Source: Octopus vulgaris (Eukaryota). From it: 64,000 nt of DNA. The DNA lies in NCBI GenBank assembly GCA_951406725.2, contig OX597828.1:54560001-54624000 (forward strand). The letters are read 5' to 3'. A program made the translations under genes and the position numbers. How positions within the stretch are numbered: position 1 is the stretch's first letter; the number at the start of each line of letters is the position of its first letter. Below are positions 1 through 11,189 of this stretch, in pieces. The notes under the pieces are model-generated. The model was not told where the DNA came from. It did no database searches and worked only from the letters and a program-made list of their open reading frames with translations.

Positions 1-343
1 CACTCTTATATAAAGATGCTTATTTTTTTTCAGTCATAGAGTTAGATTTATGAAGGTCTTCAGTAGAAAATCCTTCGAATTCTGACTCGCTGCTTGATAT
101 AATGAAATTCGTATCCATTTTTTGTCAGAATTACAAATTTTGAAAACACAATAGGAACAAATTTCGGAAAAAAATCTCCCATAATTCACGGAATTAAAAT
201 TACACTTCGATTTTTGTACAAAACTGTATTTGAAGTGTTTACGAAGTATAATACGTGTTTTCACGAATGTACTAAAGAGATTTACTCTGATATTCTCATT
301 TAAATATGAATAGGTAAATTCGGGCGGTTTGGTAACGAAAGGG
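1..343. mobile_element. Right end of a piggyBac-like non-autonomous element, truncated by the window start
   Basis: Ends in GGTAACGAAAGGG followed by TTTA, a degenerate TTAA; the reverse complement starts CCCTTTCGTTACC, a piggyBac-type terminus. The other end is not visible. Confidence 0.4.
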
Positions 344-619
344 TTTATATAAGTGTCGTCTGTTTATACATAAACACTGTTTCATACTTTCAGTTTAGTC
401 TTGCTCAAATCACTCTGTCGCTAATTTACTCTCTTCCAAGAACATTTTCACTCACTGTTATCTGTTAGCTTCCCATACATTTTACTCATGTATCTATCAG
501 CGTGATAGACAGAAACAAATATTACATTTACTTTCATTTTATTCGCCGCACACTGTGTGTGTGCGTTTGCGTGTGGTGTAAACCAGACTAAGAAAAGCAT
601 TTGACACACACACCAGAAT

Positions 620-799
620 GTGAGTTTTCTGTAAATTTTGCTTAATTGGAGTTTAAATTTTAAAAACTGGACCTGGCATGACGCGATGCATTGTACTCTC
701 AAAAATGCTAGGTAAATTGTAATTGAAGAAATCCTATATTGTAGATTTGTATAACTCCCAAAGGGAGGCAGATAAAATCTGCCTTTTATAATAAGAGAT
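620..799 (-). mobile_element. Helitron-like 5' end (non-autonomous); left boundary uncertain
   Basis: Minus strand begins ATCTCTTATTATAAAAGGCAGATTTTATCTGCC, a TC start plus TATAAAA as in invertebrate non-autonomous Helitrons, with a short subterminal palindrome GGCAGATAAAATCTGCC. Confidence 0.35.
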
Positions 800-804
800 A
801 TATT

Positions 805-990
805 CTTTTCTGCTCTAAGTAGAAGGCCCGAATTTTTTGGGGAGGCGGGGCCAGTCGGTTGGATCGACCCCAGTACGCAACTGATGCTTAATTTATCGAA
901 CCCTAAAGGATGAAAGGCAAAGACGACCTCGGCGGAATTTGAACTCAGAACGTAAAGTCAGGCGAGAAATACTGGTAAGCATTTCACCTG
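805..990 (-). mobile_element. SINE family B copy (tRNA-like head plus Meta-domain-like core)
   Basis: Contains AAAGGATGAAAGGCAAAGACGACCTCGGCGGAATTTGAACTCAGAACG, shared with many copies in the window. Confidence 0.8.
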
Positions 991-1043
991 TGTGTGTATA
1001 TATAAATACACACACACACACACACACAATATATAATATATAA

Positions 1044-1425
1044 GTGGAGGCGCAATGGCCCAGTGGTTAGGGCAGCGGACTCGCGGTCGTAGGATCGCGG
1101 TTTAGATTCCCAGACCGGGCGTTGTGAGTGTTTATTGAGCGAAAACACCTAAAGCTCCACGAGGCTCCGGCAGGGGTTGGTGGTGATCCCTGTTGTACTC
1201 TTTCACCACAACTTTCTCTCACTCCTACTTCCTGTTTCTGTTGTACCTGTATTTCAAAGGGCCGGCCTTGTCACTCTCTGTGTCACGCTGAATATCCCCG
1301 AGAACTACGTTAAGGATACACGTGTCTGTGGAGTGCTCAGCCACTTACACGTTAATTTCACGAGCAGGCTGTTCCATTGATCGGATCAACTGGAACCCTC
1401 ATCGTCGTAACCGACGGAGTGCTTC
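1044..1425 (+). mobile_element. SINE family C, head type 1 (tRNA-derived) with shared 3' module
   Basis: A box TGGCCCAGTGGTTAG and degenerate B box GGTTTAGATTCCC; 3' module CCTGTATTTCAAAGGG...CGTAACCGACGGAGTGC also found at 1781-1958, 16104, 47443, 55417. Confidence 0.85.
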
Positions 1426-1436
1426 CATAATATACA

Positions 1437-1615
1437 AATGGCGGCGAGTTGGCAGAAACGTTAGCACGCCGGGTGAAATGCTTACCAGTATTTCTCGCCT
1501 GACTTTACGTTCTGAGTTCAAACGTGAGCAACGTGAAACAAAGTGTCTTGCTCAAGGACACAACGCGTCGCCTGGAATTGAACTCACAACCTTACGATCG
1601 CGAGCCGGATGCCCT
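1437..1615. mobile_element. Chimera: SINE B head (+, 1437-1522) fused to an inverted SINE C head (-, 1526-1615)
   Basis: GGCGGCGAGTTGGCAGAAACGTTAGCACG...GAGTTCAAAC followed by the reverse complement of 1660-1749. Confidence 0.8.
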
Positions 1616-1635
1616 TATATATATGTATATAATAT

Positions 1636-1960
1636 GTGAAGGCGCTTGGCTTAGTGGTTAGGGCATCCGGCTCGCGATCGTAAGGTTGTGAGTTCAAATC
1701 CCGGCGACGCGTTGTGCCCTTGAGCAAGACACTTTATTTCACGTTGCTCCAGTCCACACAGCTGACAAAAATGAGTAGCACCTGTATTTCAAAGAGCCAG
1801 ACTTGTCACTCTCTGTGTCACGTTGAATCTCCCTTAGAACTACGTTAAGGGTACATGTGTCTGTGGAATACTCAGCCACTTGCACGTTAATTTCACGAGC
1901 AAGCTGTTCCGTTGATCGTATCAGTTGACACCCTCGTCGTCGTAACCGACGGAGTGCTCC
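1636..1960 (+). mobile_element. SINE family C, CORE-type (OR1/OR2-like), full length
   Basis: A box TGGCTTAGTGGTTAG, B box GAGTTCAAATCCC, CORE-like TTGTGCCCTTGAGCAAGACACTTTATTTCACGTTGCTCCAGTCCAC, then the shared 3' module. Confidence 0.85.
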
Positions 1961-2285
1961 TTATATATAATATATTAGATTGACGCTATATGTATGCATG
2001 GGTGCAGATGTAAGTATATATTTCAAGTTCAATTCTAGGGCGAGATACTTTGGTTTTCTTTGGGTTGACCAATATTTTGCGAGTAAAATTTTGTAAATAG
2101 AAACTGTGGGGAAGCTTGGTTTGTGTGTCTACACATATCGACACTCATATATTATAATGTTAAAAAGTGTTATTAATCAATGTTAATAATTTATATAGCA
2201 GTAAGAAGTTTACCCTATAGTCACGTGGGCTTAATCTCAGTCCCACTGCGGTCTTCTGCACGGACGAAAGCTGTGGAAGACCGTC

Positions 2286-2339
<54 letters not shown>

Positions 2340-2390
2340 CATACACAACACACACACACACACACAAAACAGACACACAAACATATATAT

Positions 2391-2439
<49 letters not shown>

Positions 2440-2443
<4 letters not shown>

Positions 2444-2776
2444 GGTAAAGACCCCCTTCGGTCAGGCACTGACCATGGGTTTGCACCTAGAGAGATACCC
2501 TCTGAGGCACAAGTCTGGGCAAGGTTGTTTTATGGAAGACCAGCAGTCGCCCATGCATACCGGCCTCCCCTCTCCACGTCACCGATGTTGTCCAAGGGAA
2601 AGGCAAGGGCCGATACAGCTTGGCACCTGTGTCGTCGCAACTCATTTCTACAGCTGAGTGAACTGGAGCAACGTGAAATAAAGTGCCTTGCTCAAGAACA
2701 CAACACGCAGCCCCGTCCGGGATTCGAGCTCACAACCTCACGATCGTAAGCTCGACGCTCTAACCACTGAGCCATG
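2440..2776 (-). mobile_element. tRNA/CORE-headed SINE with a different 3' tail ending ...TCTTTACCCTTT
   Basis: Same CORE segment (GAGCAACGTGAAATAAAGTGCCTTGCTCAAG on +) as 1636-1960, but an unrelated body and tail. Confidence 0.75.
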
Positions 2777-2798
2777 ATATATATATATATATAAATAC

Positions 2799-2963
2799 AC
2801 GACAGGCTTCTTTCAGTTTCCGTCTACCAAATCTACTCACAAGGCTTTTGTCGGCCCGAGGCTATAGTAGAAGACACTTGCCCAAGGTGCCACGCAGTGG
2901 GACTGAACCCAGAACCATGTGGTTCGTAACCAAGGTACTTACCACACAGCCACCTCTACGCCT
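2799..2963 (-). mobile_element. SINE family A, 5' half
   Basis: Reverse complement of GTGGCTGTGTGGTAAG...GGTTCAGTCCCACTGCGTGGCACCTTGGGCAAGTGTCTTCTACTATAGCC...GAAAGAAGCC. Confidence 0.85.
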
Positions 2964-3097
2964 AATTAAGGACAATATTAAAAAAAGAAATATCAGTGGC
3001 CGGCATATAAAAAAATAGACCCATTTAGGTACATTCATATATATATAGTATATAGTATAAAATACAATTATTAAGGATACAGATTTCACTACCAATA

Positions 3098-3510
3098 TAC
3101 TCTTTGACTTGTTTCAGTCATTTGAGTGCGGCCATGCTGGAGCACCGCCTTTAGTCGAGCAAATCGACCCCGGGACTTATTCTTTGTAAGCCCAGTACTT
3201 ATTCTATCGGTCCCTTTTGCCGAACAGCTAAGTGGCGGGGACGTAAACACACCAGCATCGGTTGTCAAGCAATGCTAGGGGGACAAACACAGACACACAA
3301 ACACACACACACACACACACACATACACAAATATATACATATATACGACAGGCTTCTTTCAGTTTCCGTCTACCAAATCCACTCACAAGGCATTGGTTGG
3401 CCCGGGGCTATAGCAGAAGACACTTGCCCAAGATGCCACGCAGTGGGACTGAACCCGGAACCATGTGGTTTGTTAGCAAGCTACTTACCACACAGCCACT
3501 CCTGCGCCTA
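3098..3510 (-). mobile_element. SINE family A, full-length copy with internal (TA)/(CA) microsatellite
   Basis: Head, internal microsatellite and tail (GACTGAAACAAGT...) all present; colinear with copies at 20397, 33572 and 45344. Confidence 0.9.
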
Positions 3511-3524
3511 TGCTGAAAATAGAT

Positions 3525-3644
3525 GCTAAGTCCGTCAAAACACTTCAAAACATCACTTTATAATTAACAGGTATGCCCCGCTTCATCACTTTCAACACGT
3601 GTAAATTATAAAGTGATGTTTCGAAGTGTTTAGACGGACGTAGC
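3525..3644. repeat. Inverted repeat, ~41-bp arms and ~38-nt spacer
   Basis: GCTAAGTCCGTCAAAACACTTCAAAACATCACTTTATAATT versus the reverse complement of 3604-3644, GCTACGTCCGTCTAAACACTTCGAAACATCACTTTATAATT (3 mismatches). Confidence 0.9.
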
Positions 3645-3705
3645 GACTGAAATCTGTGTGTCCTTAATTAAAATTGTATTTTATAATATAATATAATATA
3701 ATATA

Positions 3706-3756
<51 letters not shown>

Positions 3757-4049
3757 TACATGTGCATGCGTGGGTGTTCGTTTGAGGACAATGTTGCGTG
3801 TCGATTTATGCAAGCCTGGCGTAGTTAAAATGCGTGAATGAAGGTTTACGATGGAGAGAGAGAGAGAGAGAGAGGGGGGGAAACAATAAGAAGAAAGAAG
3901 GAGATACAGAGAAAGAGAGAGGAGAGAGGGAGGGAGAGAGTGGCAGAAAGATGTATGAATGGCAACAATGTTTTACAACAGGTTCTCTTATCATCAGCTG
4001 AAGCTTAATAAGACTCCTAGCAAACAGACAGCAAACAGCTAGTAGCCGC

Positions 4050-5019
4050 ATCTTTCTCTCTCTTTCTCTCTCTCTCTCTGCCCCTTCTATCTTTTTCATG
4101 CTTTTCCCTTCTCTCTCACGTTTTCTCCCTCCCCTTCCCGTTCTCCTTCTCGTTATCTCTCAATCTCCCTCTCTCTTGTATTTTATTCAATCTATAATCC
4201 CCCTCCCTCTGTTACACCTCTCTCTTATAATTTACTGCTTCTTTGTCTCTCTTTCCTTTCTTTCTATCTCTATTTCTCTCTCTCTCCTCAACTTTTCCCC
4301 TCTTATTCCCTCTATTTCTCTTTCTCTGCCGTACCTCCAGTTCTCCCCTGTATCTTATACTCTCACTCCTCCTCTCTCTGTTATCCCTCTTCCTTCTCCC
4401 TCACACCTTTTACTCCCTATCAACTTCTTCCTTTCCACCTCTCCCCCTCCCTCTCTTTTTCGTTCCTCTCTCTCTCTCTCTCTTTCTCTCCCTCCTTTCT
4501 TAAACCTCTGCGTGCTCGATCGACCCCTGCTAGAAATGACCACCAAATCTCCCTCAAATCACACATCTTTCCATTTAAAACACATGCAAGACACATTGGC
4601 TGATAGTGTACTCTTAGCTCTATAAAAGAAGGAATGGTCACAACTGGAACGTCTTTGATCAGGAAGGCACTCGATTAGTTCAAGCAATCCTCTCCCTCCT
4701 CCTCCCCTCTCTCCGCCTCACTTCTACCCTCTCACTGCATCTACCGATCTAATCCCTCTCCCTCTCTTTCTCTATTTCTCTCTTACTCTGTTTTCTTCTC
4801 TCTCTCCTCACACATATATCTCCTTACCCCCCCATGCCATCACGTTCTGTGTAATCTTGCGTGTCTCTTACCGCGCTTACTCTCTCTCTCTCTCTCTCCC
4901 TCTCTCTTGTCAGTCACTTCCCCCTTCCCTTAAACATATCTCCTCTCCCTCTTACTCCTTCCTACTCGCTCTGTTTCACCCTGCTTTTTCTATCTCCCCC
5001 TTCACCACATACGTATGGT

Positions 5020-5052
<33 letters not shown>

Positions 5053-5340
5053 AAGAGAGAGAGTTAGTATCCCCCCCTCTCTGTCATGAAAGAACTTCCC
5101 TTCCCTTTTCCCCTTTCTCTCTCTCACTCTCTGTCTTTCCCAGGTCACCTCCCTTACCCCTTTTTTTTTTCAGCTTTTCCCTCTTTCACTGTTGTCTTAT
5201 ATCTCTTTCTCACCCTCTTTCACACACACACACACACTCTTTCTCTACTCTCCCTCCCCGCTTCTCTCTCTTCTCCCTCCCTGCCTCTCTCTCTTCTCCC
5301 GTCCAACCTCTCTCTCTCGTTCTCTCTCCCCCTCTCTCTC
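4050..5340. promoter_or_regulatory. Long polypyrimidine/(CT)n-rich tract; candidate GAGA-type promoter-proximal region
   Basis: About 1.3 kb of strongly C/T-skewed sequence immediately upstream of a candidate first exon. Function is inferred. Confidence 0.3.
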
Positions 5341-5729
5341 TGTCCATGTCTCTATCAAACCTGCCTAACAACACCATGAGGCGCTAAACAACGGATGGCA
5401 ACGAAAGCGAATCAAATATTTTTATCTGTTGCGCTTCTCTCTCTTTCGACACTTGCTCGAAAACTATCGAAACAACAACACGGATACATACACTGTCTGT
5501 CTGTCTGTCTATTATTCTATCCATCTCGACTTTATTCCACCGAGGAACAACAGCCGTCCTTTAAAAAAGAAAAAAAATAATACTTATAACATATAATTGA
5601 AACAATTACTATTATTATAACTATTATTATTATTATTATTATTATTATTATCATTTATCAATTGGAGGAGTTTGGTTTCGGTGTTATTCCCTTCCATTCA
5701 TAGAAATCGCAGAATTCTCTCCATCCAAC
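5340..5729 (+). other. Candidate non-coding first (5' UTR) exon; start uncertain
   Basis: TE-free, CpG-containing unique sequence ending at a consensus donor CCAAC|GTAAGT (GT at 5730-5731). Confidence 0.4.
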
Positions 5730-7640
5730 GTAAGTCAACTTTGGATCCAAACTAAAAAGATTTCATTTTGAAGTTTTCTTTATTTCTTTTAACAAAAATT
5801 TTTCTTTTAACACACAAACACACACACACACACGTATTGTTTCGAAGTTCGACCTTACACAGGAAAAAAAAAAACAACCCAAACAAACAAACCCGTTGAC
5901 CGGCAAGCGATAGATACCTGGTTCGCTTCCCGTGTTCGGATCTGTTGGTGTGTGTGTGTGTGTTTTTTCTCTGTTGTAAATCGATGCCCCAGCATGGCCG
6001 CAGTCTAATGACTGAAATAAGATAAAAGATGTGTGTGTGTGTGTGTGTTTGTGAAATAAAGTTCTTGAGTTTTTGACAACAAGTGTGAGAAAAACATTTA
6101 ATGTTCCCCGGTCCGAAGAAATATTTTTAAATAGTTGTTAAAGGGTCACAAAGGCAAGTTAATATCTAACATTGGACCCAGGGTCACAAGAAGGTGACAT
6201 CGGCCTTAGATAAGAATGGATTTCTAAAATCAAGAATTACTTTAGCTTCGTAACTCGTTTTTAACTCATTTCATTAGCAATCAAAGATGTTATCCCAAAA
6301 TTCGTTAAACTTTATAAATCTTAATTTTTAAATGTAATTTAACTTTTCCGAAAAACAACTTTATTTATTTATTTATTTATTTGGTTATTCCAACCTAAAA
6401 ACTGTTTCGATTCTTGCAGAATCTACGGAGTTTGTTGTCAAAATCTTAACCGTTTACGTATTTCATTCATCTCAGCTGTTCTCTCATTCCCAGACGGGCG
6501 GAGGTTCAAAGAAGACAATAGCATTTATTATATAATGATATTGCCTATCTACGTGTGTGTGTGTCTGTGTGTGTGTATGTGTGAATTCACCCTTTTTTTC
6601 AACTTCGTTCTATTTCAATTTTTTTTTCCCCCAACATTTTGTTTGAATAACGTATTTATTGCTATTATTGTTACTGTTTTATTATTGTTTAAATTTCTTA
6701 TTTGTGCTTTGTCATCTTTACACATTGTACAGCGTCGAAAATCTATTGAAATACGGATCAATATTATTTTTTTATTGACAGGTAAACATACGCACACAGA
6801 CACACACACACAGACACTTTAGAACTTTTAAGTGCAGGATTCATTTACTGAACAAATATATAAATAACAGCTCAAAACAATAACAAAAGCATTTACCAAA
6901 GTTGTTACTCACACACACCTGAATATTCATTTCGTGTTTATCTAATTGTTTAACCCAGCTCTGATCGACTAGACATTACAAAGACACTCTAGTCGTGGCC
7001 CTCCCATATTTTATTTATCACCCATTTATATCATCGCTACATTATCCAACGTGCCTTAATGTAGAGTATGTTTAAGGGAAATTGGGCTGCTATTTCTGGC
7101 AGTTCGGGGCAGCAAACACAAGCCGGTTATAATCTATATTTAATCTACATATAAGAGGTTTATTTAATCTACATGTAAGCTTAGGATTAGCGAAATCGAT
7201 CGAGCGTCATTGGACTCAATAACTTGATGAAGTATTGTCTTGTAGCTGAGTTCAAAACCTGCTGAGGTCGCCTTAACATTCTATCCATTCGAGGAGCGAA
7301 GGTCGATGTCCCTCAAACGCCTGTCTTATTCAGATATTAAAATGCATAAACAGTTCTCCAGGTACTGAGTTCAAATCGCTCCTGGATACCAACATTGTTT
7401 TTCACATTTACCAAGATCGACCAGACGGTCACGACTGGAACGCCTTTTGTTTATAAGTTTGCTGGATCAGGGCTGACCCAGGGTTAACCATATCACATAC
7501 TCAGATAAATTGTTGCCGAGAATTAGAAAATCTACCTACCAGAGGCAACTTCCATAAATTGTTGTTGACTAAAGTATAAGGTAAAATATGATATATACAC
7601 CCACCGTCTGCGTATATATTATGCACACCATATAAAAACA

Positions 7641-7757
7641 TTATTTACAATCGACGGATATTTGTCCTCATCTTGAACAAACAAGATGAGGACAAATATC
7701 CGTCGAATGTAAATAACGTAAATAATGTACATAATTCCTCATCTCTTAAATATAGAA
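7641..7757. mobile_element. Palindromic Penelope-like relic (35-bp arms, 6-nt loop)
   Basis: 7641-7675 versus 7682-7716 with 1 mismatch; the right arm and its continuation recur at 60116-60190. Confidence 0.7.
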
Positions 7758-7819
7758 TTATATAAAAACATGTTTCTGCGCGGGAACAGAATAAAGGATC
7801 GCTTTTGTTTGTGTGTGTA

Positions 7820-8068
7820 TTCTCTTATTCTCTTCCTTGTTTCAGTCATTTGACTGTGGCCATGCTGGAGCACCCACCTTGAAGGGTTATTTTAGTTGAA
7901 GAAATCGACCCTAGGACTTATTCTTCGTAAGCCTTAGTACATGTTCTATCGGAACGTTAACACACCAACATCGGTTGTCATGCGATGGTGGTAGTGGGGT
8001 GTGTGTGTGTGGGGGGGGGGGGGACAAATACAGACACATAGACACATACGCATTATACACACACACAC

Positions 8069-8104
<36 letters not shown>

Positions 8105-8280
8105 TTAATCAATAAAGGTATTTTTTTAATATGCTGGCCATTGATAAAATTTTTTTCGAAAAACTTTATCCTACCTTAGATGTGTGTGTATATATATATA
8201 TGTATTATATATATATACGATGGGCTTCTTTCAGTTTCCGTCTAATAAATTAACTCACAAGGTTTTGGCCGGCCCAAGGG
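7820..8280 (-). mobile_element. SINE family A copy, head-truncated, with an insertion in its internal microsatellite
   Basis: Tail TTTCAGTCATTTGACTGTGGCCATGCTGGAGCAC and body GGGCTTCTTTCAGTTTCCGTC. Confidence 0.8.
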
Positions 8281-9056
8281 TACACACACACACACACAGA
8301 CAAACGCGTACATAGACAGGTGCACACAATCAGTTGTCTGTCTCACCTGTTAGGTCTGTCAAAACAGGAGCTCTATAATTTGTTTTTAAGGTATGTAAGG
8401 GTCATCTCAACTTGTAAAAGTGACAGGATGTGTGTGTGTGTGTGTGTGGATAGTGACGGTAGTTAAAAGGTATTTTACTTTCCGTTCCATATGCTTAAGT
8501 GCATGTACACCTGCATACACACATGCATGTGTGTTCATACGTACATGTGTGTGTGTGTGTGTGTGTGCGTGTGTGTGTAAACATACATACATAAATGTGA
8601 ATATGAAGTGAAGAAAAAAAGACTCGCTAGGAGACAGATATTATTAATAACCTGTTGATAGTGACTTCGAAGTTGTGTCTGACTGTCAATTAACGGTAGA
8701 CCTTTGTGGTTACTGTCAGTAATAGTAGTTTTAATAATAATGATAATAATAATAATAATGATGTTTTCCTAATAATAATGATAAAATTCATTTATATATA
8801 CGCACACATACATACACGCGCATTAGTCCGTGCATACTGGTATACATTTATAGATGCATACACACATGGATGTACACACACATCCATCTCTCTCTCTCTC
8901 TCTCTCTCTCTTTCATACACATACACACATAAATGTGTGTGCGTGTATGTAATGTATTTTTTAAAAAATTCCTCCAATAAAGAAAAAGCCGGTTTTGAAA
9001 TAAAGACCTGTGCTTCCTTGTTAAAAGATTTATGGTGTCTTATACATACATATATT

Positions 9057-9090
<34 letters not shown>

Positions 9091-9879
9091 GAGATATATG
9101 TTTACATATGAGTGTGTGTTTGGGACGCGACATTGTCCTACCCCGACATAATTTACACCCTTATCGTCTTGGCTTGTCTTAACCATCAAACAAAAGTCGT
9201 GTTATCATTTTTTGTTTTTTTCGCCTGACTTCCTTTTTCCTTTACTTCAAAGATTGCCTCTCTCTCTCTCTCTCCTTCTCTCCCCTCCACCTTTACATAC
9301 CTTATTTACTGTTCCGTCATCACACCTAGACACAACTTAAGATGTCTGGTCTTAACCCCCAACTCTTACATTTTTTTTTCCCTTTTCTCAAATATTTTTA
9401 TCTTAAGCCGAGAGGTAAAGTTCATAAAAAGACTCTTCTTTTTCTCAGATAAACAAGTCAAGCGGAAACTGTTAATGTTGTTCCTGGGTCAGTTGGCACA
9501 TGTCGAACAGATCAAAGGTATTCCAGCCGTGATCATCCCGCCTTTTCCCCAGACACAGTATATCTACAACTAAATTATTCAAAATGTCCTCCTGTTTTTT
9601 TCTTCTCAAGTCAATAAGTTTAGTAAATGAAATTATGTCCTTGGCAGTGAATTTGATTTAAACTCAGAACTAAATTTCACAACCCTCAACCACTTCACCG
9701 CACCCCACCTACAACGCTAATTGTTTCTTACTTCGAGTACAAAGCCAGCAATTATGAGGGGAGGGGCAAGCAGGTACATCGACTCAGGTACCTAACTGAG
9801 GTACTTTATTTTATAGAGCCAGAAATTATGAAAGGCAAAGCTGATCGCGTTGAGATTTGAACCCAGGAGCGCAAAACGT

Positions 9880-9983
9880 CTGTCCCACTGCTTTGCACCT
9901 TGGGCAAATATCTTTTACTATAGCCTCGGGTCGACCAAAGCCTTGTAACTGGATTTGGTAGCGGGAAACTGAAAGAAGCCCGT

Positions 9984-10038
<55 letters not shown>

Positions 10039-10369
10039 CAAGAAGGTTAGGGGTTGTGAATCCAACCCACTAAGGGATAATATCTATCCAATATGCTGCT
10101 GGTAGAATACCCAATTGTTAATACACAAGTGTTTTTCATTGCAATTACATTACCTGGGGTATTAAATGGGTGAAGGTAAAGAGATATTTTACCATTAATT
10201 TATATCGCAAATAATCCTTATATATTACTATATCTTATATCTTATATGCATAGAATAATATGCTATATGTATGTTATTATAATTATCAGCTTAATAAATA
10301 AATAAATAAGTTAACATTTTAATGTCCAAAAGTTGATGAACCACCTATTGTTCTCCATTTTCTTATTTG

Positions 10370-10403
<34 letters not shown>

Positions 10404-10720
10404 CTTTATTGCCCACAAGGGGCTAAACATAGAGGGGACAAACAAAGACAAAGGGATTAAGTCGATTACATCGACCCCAGTGCGTAACTGGTACTTTATA
10501 TATATAAATATGTGTGTGTCTGTGTTTGCTTCCCACCATTACTTGACAACCGATGTTCATGTGTTTCCCACTCCATAACTTAGCGGTTCGGTATAAGAGA
10601 CCGGTAGAATTAATATCAGGCTTAAAGAAAGTAAAATGTGCTGGGATCGATTCGTTGGACCGAAATTCTTCTGGGCGGTGCCCTAGCACGGCTGCAGTGG
10701 AATGATGGAAACAAGTAAAA
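9880..10720 (+). mobile_element. SINE family A copy split at its (TA)n tract by a Penelope-like relic (10033-10370) and a SINE B tail (10402-10497)
   Basis: 5' half ends GAAAGAAGCCCGTC at ~9984; 3' half resumes TGTGTCTGTGTTTGC...CGATGTT at ~10513. Confidence 0.7.
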
Positions 10721-11189
10721 AAATCTACAAAAAGTAGTAACAAAAATTATAAATCATGGAATTTTTTTCTGCCGTATCTTGATTTTAAAATAACTTATCG
10801 ATCTTCATAGCATTAATTGATTAAGTTAAACATTTCGATTAAGTCTTCGCGGTTGTTCCTTGAGTTTCGTCAGGGAGTAACACTCGTACACATAACGTGA
10901 CATGGAGAATACTATTGATTTTATTAACCTCAAGGGTCCAAGATTTTGGGAACAATACAAATACGAAATCGAAAAACTGATGGGTGTGGGGGTTAAAACG
11001 GGATTGGAGGGAGTCAAAATAAGAAACACACACACACACAACAAACAAGGAAATTATACATAGAAGGGTACAGTCGACCTCCGTATATGATAGATACTTT
11101 ATTTTATCGATCCTGAAAGAATTTAAACCCGGAACGTAAGGAACCCCACGCTGTTTACACATCACTAGTAATAATCATTAAATGTACAA

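Noticed and set aside
1044-1120. Functional tRNA genes at SINE heads (also 1636, 63121)
   Set aside because: A and B boxes are present, but the acceptor stems are not formed and each runs into a SINE body.
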